Assembly (NCBI RefSeq): GCF_009914755.1
Contig: NC_060926.1
DNA length: 64,000 bases
Strand: one strand, 5' to 3'
From: the human T2T-CHM13v2.0 reference genome, Homo sapiens
Of the stretch, positions 15,595-28,319 are shown in pieces. The notes under the pieces are model-generated. The model had not been told where the DNA came from and made no database searches. It saw only the letters and a program-made list of their open reading frames with translations. Position 1 is the first letter of the stretch; each line of letters begins with the position of its first letter. A program made the position numbers and the translations under genes.

Positions 15595-15909
15595 TTTTGT
15601 TGTTGTTGTTTGTTTGTTTGTTTTTGTTTTGAGACACAGTTTCACTCTGTTACCAAGGCTGGAGTGCTGTGGCGCAAACTCAGCTCACTGCTATCTCCAC
15701 CTCCTGTTCCAGCGATTCTAATGCCTCAGCCTCCCTAGTAGCTGGGATTACAGATGCCCGCCACCAAGCCCAGCGAATTTTTGTATTATTAGTAGAGTTG
15801 GGGTTTTACCATGTTGGCCAGGCTGGTCTCAAACTCCTGACCTCAGGTGATTTGCCCGCCTTGGCCTCCCACAGTGCTGGGATTATAGGCGTGAGCCATT
15901 GCACCTGGC
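15595..15909 (-). mobile_element. Alu (AluS)
   Basis: Full dimer with (TTG/TTTG)n tail; TSD ccaaggccatatat / ccaaggccttatat. Confidence 0.9.
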
Positions 15910-15949
15910 CCAAGGCCTTATATATTCTAACAGTAGTACCTCCCCCCAG

Positions 15950-16260
15950 CAACATGGATGACTCTCACAAATATAATGACTGAAAAAAGCCAAACACAAA
16001 CAAGTGCATACTGTCTGCTTTTATTTATACAAAGTTGAAATTAGGCAGAACTTATTTATGGTGTTTGAAGTCAGGATAGTAGTTCCCCTTGGGAGGAGAG
16101 ATGTTGAAGTGATTGGCAGGGGCTGAGGGGAGGTCCTAGGTGTTGGTAATACTCTATTTCTTGATTTGAGTGGCTGTGTGGTCATTTTGTGATAATTCAC
16201 AAGCTGTGGCCTTACAATCTGTATACCTTCCTGTAGGTTTGTTATAGTTCAAGAAAGAAG
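15950..16260 (+). mobile_element. L1ME-like 3' end
   Basis: aacatggatgactctcacaaatataatg...gaagtcaggatagtagtt...gtgttggtaatactctatttcttgatttgagt. Confidence 0.6.
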
Positions 16261-17129
16261 CTTAAAGCTGCAAAATTGGGTTTGCAGATCTATAGGTAGA
16301 AAGACTCCTCTTTTTGTAAATTCCCAGTGAGGCACTTGAAACTCTGCCCTGGTGACTTCTGGGCATCAGCCTGTAGGTTAGGATTGGCAAGTACGTGTTG
16401 CATGCCAACTCCGATCAGTTAGTGGTGACTGCCTGGAATGCTGCATTGTGAGGGGTTTTGGGTCAGTTTCTGGGCTCAACAACAGCAGAGTGCTATGACT
16501 GAGAAGAGACCTCTGTCATGGTGGAAGGAGAGAGAACTGGCTGCACTGTGCCTAGTACTAGCCAGTCCTGTTGATGGTGTCGTCACGTACCAGCTACTTT
16601 CTTGCTTATAAAACACCCTATTTTGTACCAACACAGGATGGACCTGAGGTTTCAGAAGCACCACCATGTGCCATAGACACTCCTTTGCACCTCTCTGCCT
16701 ATGGTTTCTTCGGTGATCCATCATGTTCTAAACCCCATCTGCCTCACTCATCTCAAGCAGCACCTTCCATCCTCTAAGAACTGTGAGGTTCTGGTAGCAC
16801 CACCCTGATTGGCAGGCATTTACCATCTCATTGTCCCTGCATCCAGCCAGCCTCCAGCTGCCATACCTGCTGCCCACAGTCAGGCCCCTGACCTCACACC
16901 GGCTGCCGTCACAACCTGGGGCAGCCAGGGGGCTCTGGCACTGCCACCAGAGACTGGTAGATGACCACCTGTGGACCCAGAGGACAGCAGTGGGTAGAAC
17001 TCTGCAGGTGGTCTGAGCTCCAGTGGCCTGTTATACCATAGTTGTCCTTAAGCCTCTTTTCACCTCAAGTCAGGGTGAAATGGATGCTGACATTGTCTTT
17101 CTGTCCTGCAAACACAAGAACCACATTTC

Positions 17130-17870
17130 CATCGCTGTGTTTTTACACTTGCTGCTCCCTTTGCACAGATCATTCTACACGTGGCCATCTCCTTCTCCTC
17201 ATTAGGTTTCAGCCTTAAAGTTGCTTTCTCAGACAGACCTTCTCTGACCACTCTCAGTCATTCACTTTCACATTTATTCACTCAACAAATATTTGTTGAG
17301 TGTCTACTCAGCGCCATGTGCTGTTCTCAGTGCAATGGTGCAGCCGTGAACAAAGATGAAACCCCTCTTCTCTATGGACTGTCCCCATAAGGTCGGGCGG
17401 AGTCAGATAGTTCAAAAGTAAAAAAATAAGTATACAGTGCATCAAGTAGTGACAAATACTATGAATTAAATGAAAGCAGAATCAGGGGAGAAGAAATAAG
17501 AACAGGAATTGGAGCCAGGGCCATTTTAATAGGGTTGTTAGAGGAAGCTACCTTGATAAGATGACAGTTGAGTAGGAAATGGGTAAGCTGAGAGAGTGAG
17601 CAAAGGGAATGTCTGGGAAATGGTGTTCCCAGAGAGGGAACAGCTGGTACCAAGGCCCTGAACTGGGAGTACTCCTCTCCTGAGATACCCTCTGTCATAT
17701 CATCCTGTTTATTTTCTTCCTAGTACCTTTTACTGTTTGAAATTATTTATTTATTCATTGACTTACTGTTTTTGTGTTACATTAGGGAGGCTCTATGAAA
17801 GCAGGGATCTTGCTGAGTGTTCACTGCTTCATCCCCTAAGTCTAGTATAAAAATACGCCCAATAAATGGG
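17130..17870. mobile_element. L2 fragments: a minus-strand L2 3' end (~17258-17665) inside a plus-strand L2
   Basis: tcattcac...caacaaatatttgttgagtg (reverse L2 tail), flanked by plus-strand L2 sequence (cagaccttctctgaccactc; ctctatgaaagcagggatcttg). Confidence 0.6.
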
Positions 17871-18789
17871 AATCACTTGTTGACTTCCCATGTCAATTAG
17901 TGCAAGCCACAGGAACTTGCAAAGAAAAACAAAAGAAAACCGAAAGAAAGTTTTGGAATGAGGTGAGCGCTCACAGAATTATAGGCAAAGCCGGAGAATA
18001 GACAACCAAGCCTTGGAAAGGAAAGGGCAGAGGCCAGGTGGTCCTGGGGATCTGGTTGCAGGAATGAGTGGATGTCTCTGCAGAGCTGTGTGCAGGAGGT
18101 GACTTAGCTCCCCTGCTTTCCCCACTGTGGCTCTCCTCTCAAGAATCCAACAGGCTAACCAGGGCTGGCTTCAGGGGTGTGTACCTGTCTTCAAAAGGCC
18201 CCTGCTTAGTTTAATGCACAGCATTAAACTTGAAACTCTTAATAACTGTTGAGCAAGTGCCCTTAATTTTTTTTTTTTTTTTGCACTGCAAATTGTGTCT
18301 TGGGGCCAGCTGGGCTCATGTACCCTCTCCCTTCCCCTCAAAATCTCCCCAAAGGAAAATGGAGAAGAGCTAGCTGGATTGGGGTGGGGAAATGGCAAAT
18401 ATAGCAGCCATCCCAGAATTCTGTTAAGCATTGGGTTTGTTGGGAGATGGGGGAAGTGGAATTGGCCATCCATTTCTAACTCAGGAGGCAAATCTCATGC
18501 CTGTTTCCATTCTCACCCACAAATGCTGTTTACACCATGAAGAGATAATTGTACTTGTGCGCAAGGAGCAAATAACCTACATATTTACCCAGAGGGGGGT
18601 GATTAAATAATTTGTGAAGTCTTGATGTTACGTGGCAATTAAACAGTGATAAATCTGTTTGTACTGATATAAAAATATATTTTAGACATATTGTTTAGTG
18701 AAAGGGCCACAGGATAAAATTCAAATAGGATGTTTCTGTTTACACAAAAAAGCCAAGCTATTTATATATTTAAATGTAGAAGTAGAGAA

Positions 18790-18975
18790 GTATATATATG
18801 CTTGTATTTAAATATACATGTATCCATAGACATGTTTATACATTTAAAGTATATATCTGTATTTTAAAAGCAGAAGTAGATAAGTATATATATAAATACT
18901 TTATATATACATAGCTTATATATATATGTATAATATATACCATGTGTATGTGTGTATATGTATATTGTGTATGTA
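18790..18975. repeat. Degenerate (TA)n/(TG)n low-complexity tract
   Basis: Runs of tatatata and tatgtgtg. Confidence 0.75.
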
Positions 18976-19289
18976 TTTAAGTGTAGAGTAGGGAGGACTG
19001 CACAGGGACCTGTTACTAGTGTTACCTCTGAGGTGGGGGTATTGGTAATGTGCATGAAGGGTAGTATTTAATTTAACATATTCTCCTTTCTTTAAATTTC
19101 CACAGGTATATGTTCATGTATATGAAAACCTCACGTGCAGATCATGCACTAGATCATGCATACATGGCCCTGGGTCTTCATGGAGGCCTAGGCCCTGCAC
19201 CCAGCTCAGGTCCTAGCTGTACAGCTCTCAGAGTCAGAGTAGGAAACCCACTTGCTTCCTCTGAGATGAGCCATTTGTGAGACTGGCAT

Positions 19290-19870
19290 TTTGTACTCAT
19301 TCATACTTGTGGTCAATGTACCGTGTATTTTTTGAGTGCTAGCTATGGGCCAGGCCCTTTTCTAGCTGGAGGATAACAGCAATTATAAGACTGGCAAGAT
19401 ACCTAGGTATATACTGGAGCTTTTTTTCCTACTGGAAGAAGAGAGTAAAAAGTAAGACAATTTCATGTCATAATAAGTGCTAGGGAAGCTGGGATGGGGG
19501 AGCTCCTACTTTGGTAGGGTCTGGGAGTACTCCCCAGAGAGCTAATGGGGAGCTGAGAGGGAACCCACTGCCCACGTATGGGGATCTGGGAGAAGTACAC
19601 CCCATAGTGAGTGGGGGTTGGAGAGAAGACAGTATGGGGTGAGTGGGTGAAAGATTGGTCAAAGGCAGGGCAGAGCCCAGATCTACAGCACCTTGTGGGT
19701 TGTGGCTGAGAGTTTGGATTTTATTCTGAGAGCAGTGGGAAACCACTGAAGGCCTTTAAGCAAGGCAATCAAAACATGACCTGATTGATATTTGCAGAGG
19801 TGTGTTGAGAATGGATTGTAGAGCTGGAAAGCAATCAGGGAGACCATAAGGAGCTGTTACAAGTTCATGG
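19290..19870 (-). mobile_element. L2 fragment
   Basis: tttttgagtgctagctatgggccaggc...tttggattttattctgagagcagtgggaaaccactgaagg. Confidence 0.7.
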
Positions 19871-20039
19871 TGAGTCTCCCTTCTTTTTTGGGGGTCTTAA
19901 CAGAAAGAGTTGAGGATTGGGGGTTGCAAGATCACATCAACTAGAAAGAGATTCCAGGGATGAGTGTGAGTCTGAGACACACGATAACCCTCTTCCTTCC
20001 ACACCAGCATCCTGCTGTCCTCTATCTCAACAAATGGCT

Positions 20040-20538
20040 CCACACAGCCACCTCGGCCAGAAAACTGGCTTGCCAGATATCTTCCGTTACCTCTCCAGAG
20101 CCTCTCTGTCTTTATCCTCTTCTGCATCCAGGTGGGTGCTATATGGACCACACCAAAGGACTCCCTTGCTTTCTGGCTTCTGGGAGGGGTCAGCCAATGG
20201 GGAGTCCTATAAAGAAATAAGAAGAAGGGAGGAGAGTGAGAACTGGATATTTTTCCCGCAGGCTCATGCTGCTGGTTTGCCTCTCTTTGGCTGTGTTGTT
20301 CAACCAGAGGTCACTGTTTCTCTCATGGCAGCCCTTGTTACACAACGCCGTCTTTCTAGGTCAAGTAACTGCTGCTTTCGCTTGTGCCTTCAGGCCTATG
20401 GGTGGTATAAGCTCCACCTCTGGGGACTGCTTGATCTCTGTGGCTCCCCTACACCCTGTCCACACCTCTCTCAACAATGCCTTTATTAATCCTCTTGATG
20501 TTCTAATTTGATTTTCTGTTTTAGGTCCTGTCTGATAT
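20040..20538 (+). mobile_element. ERVL-class LTR (LTR40/LTR41-like)
   Basis: ggcttctgggaggggtcagccaatggg...gggaggagagtgag...ccttcaggcctatgggtggt...ctttattaatcctc...cctgtctgata. Confidence 0.55.
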
Positions 20539-20781
20539 ATGTGAGCATCATCCCTGATTCTTCTCTCATCATTTTTCTTTCGCTAATCTATCACCAAAGT
20601 ATAAATAAAATTTTTTTGTCTTTTTATTCCAATCTCAGAACTAGTGTCCTAACTCAGGCCATTATCATCTTTTACTGGGATTTCTGAAAAAGTTTTCTAA
20701 CTAGTCTCCTTGCCTTCAATCTTGTCTTCGTTCAGAAATTGTTTCCATTGTTGCTAACAGATCTTTCTAAGATGAAAACCT

Positions 20782-20932
20782 GGACTGGGCACGGTGGCTT
20801 AGGTCTGTAATCCCAGTGCTTTGGGAGGCCGAGGCAGGAGGATCACTTGAGCCCAGGAGTTTGAGGTTGCGGTGAGTTATGATCACTTTGCTGCACTGCA
20901 GCCTAGGCAAAAGACTGGGGCCCTATCTCAAA

Positions 20933-20967
<35 letters not shown>
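20782..20967 (+). mobile_element. FLAM_C monomer with an (AAAT)~9 tail, inside an L2
   Basis: ggactgggcacggtggc...gaggatcacttgagcccaggagtttgagg; TSD atgaaaacctg / atgaaagcctg. Confidence 0.85.
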
Positions 20968-21462
20968 GTCAAATGAAAGCCTGATCATATTTCTCTGTTT
21001 AAAACCTTTGAATGGTTCCTCATTGCTCTTAAATAAAATTCAAACCCCTAAGTGAGGATTTCTAGGACTTGTACTACCTGGTCTCTGCTTGTATCCTGGC
21101 TTATTACTTCCCATCTCATACATTTTGACCTAGCCCCTTAAACTGCTTACAGGCCTCAAAACTTCTGTGCCTTCTCTTACCCCTGGGCCTTGTTTAACTT
21201 GCAACCAGGAAGTGCCAAGGCAAAGAAGACAGTGCTAAGTCTGTGGCCAATGCACAAGAGGCTTTTGCCACCCAGGGAGGCTGTATTGCTTTTGAATAAA
21301 CTCATCTTTCAAATTAGAACTGCCATTTTCAGCTTAGGTGCAGCCCTCACTCTAAAGATAGTCATCTTGGGTGATCTCACATCCTGACATTCACAGACTT
21401 CTGTAACACTCAAAAGTTATTGGACAGAATTTCTTCAAGGAAACAGTGAGACCCTCTAGACC

Positions 21463-22115
21463 TACACTGTTCGATACAGCAGCCACTAGCCACATGTGAG
21501 CACTGAGCACTTGAAATGTGGTTAGTGTAGTTTAAGATGTGCTGTAAATGTAAAATACCATTATGATTTGAACATGTTCACAAAGTTCGTGTGGTAGCAA
21601 TTTAATCCCCAGTGCAACAGTGTTGGGAGATGGGGCTAATAAGAAATGATTGTCGTGACAACTCTGCCCTCATGAATGGAGCAATGTCATTATCACAGGA
21701 GTGAGTTTGTTATGAAAGTTTGGCCCTCTCCTGTCTCTCACCCTCTCTCATCTTTCCACCTTTTGTCGTGGGATGACACAGCATGAAGGCCCTTGCCAGA
21801 TGCTGGTGCCATCCTTTTGGATTTCCCAGACTCTAAAACTGTGAGCCAAATAAATTTCTGTTTATTATAAATTATCTAGTCTGTCATATTCTGTTACAGA
21901 AATATAAAATGGACTAAGACAAATCCACACTGGATTTTGAAGATTTAGAATGAAAAAAATGTAAATATCTCATTAATAATGTTTAAATTGATCACATGTT
22001 GAAATAATATTTTGATAGGTTAAATAAACATATTGTTAAATTATTTCTGCCTACTTCTTCTTAATTTTTTATTGTGGCTACTCGTAAATTTACAGTTGCA
22101 TGTGTTGTGCAGTGC
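21463..22115. mobile_element. MER33-like hAT-Charlie element, interrupted by an MST LTR
   Basis: gcagccactagccacatgtg...gcacttgaaatgtgg...aaatac [LTR] cacactggattttgaagattta...tgtggctact. Confidence 0.7.
21559..21921 (+). mobile_element. MST-family MaLR solo LTR
   Basis: ttatgatttgaac...aataaatttctgtttattataaattatc...ggactaagaca; 5-bp TSD aatac/aatcc. Confidence 0.8.
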
Positions 22116-22129
22116 TCCAGATCCTACAG

Positions 22130-22297
22130 CTCCTCACTTTTCTAAGTGTGGTCTGTGAGGCAGCTCCAGCAGCATCACCTGGGAGCTGTTAGAAAATCAC
22201 ATCTCAGGTCCTATCATGAATCTACTGCATCAGATGTTGCAGTTTAACCAGATGTTCACGTTATTTACACACACACTGAAGTTGAGAAATGCTGGTC
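22130..22297. mobile_element. MER5A MITE
   Basis: cagcagcatcacctgggagctgttagaaa...gaagttgagaaatgctg. Confidence 0.7.
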
Positions 22298-22955
22298 TAT
22301 AGAGAAGGGGTGGGATGAACAGAGCCTTACTCATTCTTTCTGGATGCAGATACTTCTTACACCTCCTAAACCAAAGGCTACAGGTGTGCCTTTTGCTTTA
22401 AGGAGAGGAATTAAAAAGAAAAGAAAAAGAATGAAAATCTGGAGTATTTTGTTAGATTAAAAAATTCTTTAAACCAGATACAAATTCCTAGATCCTAATC
22501 AAGCATTCTGAGCACAGAGGTTTAAGAGGAAGTAAATTTAACAAACTGACAGTTTTTTTTCTTAAATTACAAGTTCATAATAAATCATCCTCATCAGTTG
22601 AAGCATAAACTTTTAAGGAAGTAATTAAAACTCTTTTGGAACTCTAATAAAGTCCGAGATTCTGAGCAATCAAAATTTAGATTGCAAGCACCATTGCTGA
22701 GGATGGCTAGAACCATTAGAGTGATAAAGGGGTTCACGTCATTCTGAGTTCTAGGTCTGCATGGAACTACAGCAGGAATTGGCTAAGAAAAGTCTGATGA
22801 GAGACACAGAAAGAAGTGCAATTACTTTGTGTTTAAAGTTTCTTTTTTGATGAAATTCAAATAGTAAATGCCATTTGTTATTAAGCTTTAAACCACATGT
22901 CTCAAGAAATTTTAAGTGTCATATGACCACATTTCTGTGGTCACCATAGCTGCTA

Positions 22956-23270
<315 letters not shown>

Positions 23271-23584
23271 ATATTTGGCATTTCTAGACCCATTGCTTGA
23301 CGCCCACTGACAATATCATATCCCATTAGATAAGAGAGTTGTAATAAACCTTTTTATTCTGAATACATTATTATTATTATTATTTTCTTATATGTTGACT
23401 CTTATGAGCAGCTGTACTCATTTGCCAGAGGAAACAGAGTGTGATAGTTGCATAATTCTTTGTTCCTCTGACCCCTAGCAACACATGCATGCTTAAGGTT
23501 AAAATATTTTATAAATAAAATATTTCCCTTAAATAATGTATTCATATTACAGCAAAGGGCACTGAATAGGTGCATATGTACTAA

Positions 23585-23911
<327 letters not shown>

Positions 23912-24755
23912 GATGATTTCTATAATAGGAGAAATTCCACCTCCTTTAAAGACCTCTGATATTCTGGCCAAGAGCTTTACTGTAGATCTCAGGGCTCTCC
24001 CCAGATGAGAGTTAACAACTCTATTCTCATTAAAACATACGAATAGCCATCATATCCTGGAAGCTCCAGGAAAAGATATTTTACTTCCCATGTTTCAAGC
24101 TTGTCCCAAGTGATGGGGCTGTCGTTCTCAATCTCCATTTACTGATTCCTCAGGTGTAATGCTCTTAGGATAAAGTCAAAGTGTGTATTTTTTGTGTGTT
24201 TAATTAAATTTTTTTCTGCTTTTCCTCTTTCCAAAAAGTTCTGAGGCAATTATTAGCAAGAATATATGCAACAAAGCAAATAAAATGAAAATGGAGTCAG
24301 ACAAAGATAAATACATGGAAACAAGTATACTAATGATAAGATAACACCAGCCTGTGTGAGACTCAAAATTCTATTGTGAAGTTTCTGGAATCCAGGGATA
24401 AAAGACATGCAATGAATATTACACAACTCAAGATCAGGAAGGAGGAAGTACAGCGGTTTCCCAGTAGAGTCAAAATTTTCTTGGCAGTAAACTTCAAAAA
24501 AAAATTCTCATGCAGAGATTATTTAAGGACTGTGGTGTGACATTGTGGCTAAATGGACTTATAATAGCCCCTTCTTCCTTAGGGATATATGAAGATTAAA
24601 CAAAGCAGAACATGCTGAACCCTTAGACTTGTGATTGACACATAGTAACCTCAAATAAACATTCACTATTGTCATCAGCATGATCTAAAATTACATATAT
24701 ATTACATCGTTAAGTTAATATTGTTTTTAATAATTTAATGGTTAAGGTCCTCAAT

Positions 24756-24823
24756 AATTTAATAATTATTAATGTAATTAATTACATTATTTAAAAACAA
24801 TTTAATAATTATTAATGTAATTA
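24756..24823. repeat. AT-rich 25-bp direct repeat with embedded palindromes
   Basis: aatttaataattattaatgtaatta at 24756-24780 and 24799-24823. Confidence 0.8.
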
Positions 24824-25955
24824 GTAAATACATTGATGCATTAATAAACACTAATAATATTCACAATAACTGTTTTATAGCAAATGCAGAAGCAGTTTGT
24901 ATTTAGTTGTTTTTAGCCAAGAGCACAGTGAAGGTGTCCAACAGGAGCCACAGCTAATGTGGTCCAAGCATGGGGCTGCCTCATAGGATCAAGTAACAGA
25001 GCAGAGGGGACCTAGAGGAATAGCTGGATTGCACAACTCCTAGACAACACATCTCAGATATGGTTCTTGGCCATGCAGTAAGCCATGAGGATCCATCGGG
25101 TGAGGAGGGAACTAATTTAAAAAATACAAATTAATTAAGGGCAAAGATGTGCAATTCTAGAGACTTTCAGTAAGTTGCTTACCAGTAACTACTAAGTGAA
25201 ATATTAAGGGTTACTAAAATTTGGTGTTCAAAAAACTCACATTAACATTATACTAAAATTTGCTGAGGATCCTAATTCAGCATTCTACCAAGAAGTCTGG
25301 CTACTCCACAGTGCTTGATAACACTGCAAAGATCAGAGAATGGGAGGGCTTCTTATCAGTTCATCATTAGCAGTACCCTGAGTTTATTGGACTTTTCCTT
25401 GGAAACTGTACTTGATTTTTAATGTATTAATTTATTTTTCTGAAGTTCGTTTGGCTAGCCCCACAATGGGCTATGATGTATATTTGCATTAACAGTATTG
25501 CTGAAGTTACTGTTTGTATGATCTTCTCAAAATGTCTTTGTTCCAGGGTGTTGTCCTCATGGAATTTTGTCTACTGGAATAGCTTTCTCTGACTAAGTGA
25601 CCAGTCAAAAAAATTTGAGAGCCACTGCCTTAGATTTTCTTTTCTGGGTATCACATCTCTCAGTTAGACTGACTAGCACTTGGAGGGCTATCACTACATG
25701 TTGCTCTGGAAACCAGCAAGGATGGCGTAGGGTTGACTTCCTAACGTATGTGTGGACCCTGTGATGTTCCAAATGACCGGATGTAGTTTATACAGATTTA
25801 TTAAAGTTGAAAGCCTCTCTCCAGTATCATTCCCAGATGGAAGTGGGGAAGTCAGCCTGCTTCTATACAGAAATGAGCCATGGTGATAATTTCAAAAAAT
25901 GCCAGATTTGTTTTCTTTCTTAGAAAGAAGTTTGACCTATTGATCTACTCTAACA

Positions 25956-26265
25956 TTGTTTGTTTGTTTGTTTGTTTTTAAGACGGAGTCTCACTCTGTC
26001 ACCCAGGCTGGAGTTCAGTGGTCTGATCTCAGTTCAGTGGTCTGAGCCTCCGCCTCCTGGGTTCAAGCAATTCTCCTGCCTTAGCCTCCTGAGTAGCTGG
26101 AATTACAGGTATGTGCCACCATGCCTGGCTAATTTTTGTATTTTTAGTAGAGACAGGGTTTCTCCATGTTGGCCAGGCTGGTCTCAAACTCCTGATCTCA
26201 AGTGATACACCCACCTCGGCCTCCCAAAATGTTAGGATTATAGGCACGAGCCACCATGCCTGGCC
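25956..26265 (-). mobile_element. Alu (AluS) with an internal 15-bp duplication
   Basis: Full dimer; TSD tgatctactctaac (25941-25954) / tgatctactttaac (26266-26279). Confidence 0.92.
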
Positions 26266-26379
26266 TGATCTACTTTAACTCTTGAATGAAGTCCTTGATT
26301 CAGTTACCAAGGGTTATATTATCAAACATGGCAGAGAAGATGGTGACTTAGAAAATTTTCAGCACTTCAGTACCATGTC

Positions 26380-26584
26380 TGTAATAGTGTACTACAACTG
26401 GTCTGTACCACCTTGTGAGAGTCAATTGTCCATTTTTTTAGAAATTTATTGAGATGGTTATTAAATCATTGGTAGTTTGAAATTGGCCACAGTGGTAATA
26501 TTTACACTGGGAAAACCAGCAACTGTTACAAAAATATTTTTTTCCAGAGAGCCAGTTATTAAATATTTACCAGCATATCACTAT
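26380..26584. mobile_element. MER63A-like hAT-Blackjack MITE
   Basis: Ends in agagagccagttattaaatatttaccagcatatcact, similar to the element at 6066-6745. Confidence 0.6.
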
Positions 26585-26859
26585 CTGGGAACCATCTAAT
26601 ATTAAGCAATATAGTCTCCTTGTGTACCTCGGAAACTCAAAATGGGGCTTACCCATCTTCAAATAAGGATAACTAATTATTTTTTCCTAATCATAGAGCT
26701 ATTTCTCTATAAGTAATATTTAAACCTTCTGCTAGCTTCACTCTAGAGACATATTTCAGATTTGGATCTCTTAATTGAATATTTGGTATGAAGAGAAAAT
26801 AGATTTCAAACACAGCTATAATATTATCAGCCCCTATTAAACTTCATTCTATCTCAATT

Positions 26860-27260
26860 ATTTACTCACTCATTTACTGTATTTACTCAAAAGATATTTA
26901 TTAAGCTAATCTAATCTAAAATCAGCACTTTGTGCCTGATACATGCTAAGAAATGGGTGTACATTGTAAAGCAAAACTAAATTCCTTGCCATAGGATTTA
27001 CAGTCTAATAGAGATTACATACTTTAAAAAAGTCATACAAATAATTTATATTAGAAATTGTGATAATGCCATGAAGGAAGAGAACAGGATGATATAAGAG
27101 AGAATAAATATGGGGATCTATTTGGAATGGGACTGAGGGTGATGGGAAACATTTCCAAGAAAGTAACATTTGATCTAGGATTTGAAGGATAAATGGCAGT
27201 TAACCAAGCAAAGATGAGGGGAAGTTCATTAAGAAGATGACAAAAAACCAAGTAAGACCC
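26860..27260 (-). mobile_element. L2 3' fragment
   Basis: tcactcatttac...atatttattaagc...gaaagtaacatttgatctaggatttgaaggata. Confidence 0.6.
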
Positions 27261-27574
27261 TTTGTAGAGTTCATCAATCTATCCTCAGGCTTCAAATTCA
27301 TGGACAGAAACTATTTTTGTGTCAAGATGTATAATCTTGGCATAGTTACAATGCTTTTGTAAAACTTGTACAGTTATTCTTTCAAAATTAAGCTGGGTGA
27401 AGTAGGTGTTGATCTATCTTTTTGTGCATACTCATGTATCGTTACCTTGAAATTCTCATAGATAAATTAGATAAGGATTAGTGTTGTAACTCGTGGTAAT
27501 TCTGGGGATGGAAGGGTTGAGTGGAACATGGTTGAGTGGAACATGGACAAAATATAATCCTGGTCTCTAAGTCT

Positions 27575-27919
27575 GATCCAGCTAGTAAGAAAAATACCAC
27601 AGACTTGAATAACAGACATTTTTTTTCTCACAGTTCAGGAGGGTGGGAAGTCCAAGATCAAGGCAACAGCAGATTCAGTGTTTGGTGAGGACTCTCTTCC
27701 CTGTTCATAGACAGTTGTCTTCTTGCTGTGTCCTCACATGACAAACAGGAACAAAGACCTCTCTGGAGTCTCTTTTATACGGATCTAGGCTCATTCATGA
27801 GAGCTTCATCCTCATGATCTAATTTCCCAAAGGACCCTCTTCCAAGTACCATAACATTGGTGATTAGGTTTCAGCCCATGAATTTCGGAGGTGGGGGCAA
27901 AAACCTTCAGTTCATTGCA
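27575..27919 (-). mobile_element. MLT1A-like MaLR LTR
   Basis: aaataccacagact...tctcacagttcaggagggtgggaagtccaagatcaagg...ttcagttcattgca. Confidence 0.75.
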
Positions 27920-28319
27920 CCTTGTTATTAGAGCAAGGACCTAAATTCAGAATAAAAGACTAGTTTGAGTTAATATTGAGTGCCTTGGAACTGAATTAAG
28001 ATCTATTAAATTTCCCATAAGGTCAAGAATGGCTCCAGAGCCACTTTGGTCAAACAACTCCCTGGAATTGTGTACTCCAGTATGATCTTTTTGGAAATAT
28101 CTATTTCTTCTGCTCTTGATGGTGGGTTTCACATGAGGTCACAAAAAGGAACATGTCTTGAAACTCTTGGCCAGTGTTTCTCAAAGCCTGATCCCTGTAT
28201 CAGAATCAGCTGTGTGATTTGTTTAAAATGTTGATTTGGAGGCACTGCCCCAGAACTACTAAATCACAGTTTCTAGGGAATCTGCAATGATTATTTGAAA
28301 TCTTCTGTATACTTATAGC

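Noticed and set aside
19917-20489. 190-aa ORF
   Set aside because: Lies mostly in a decayed ERVL-type LTR, has a non-ATG start and shows no recognisable protein motif.
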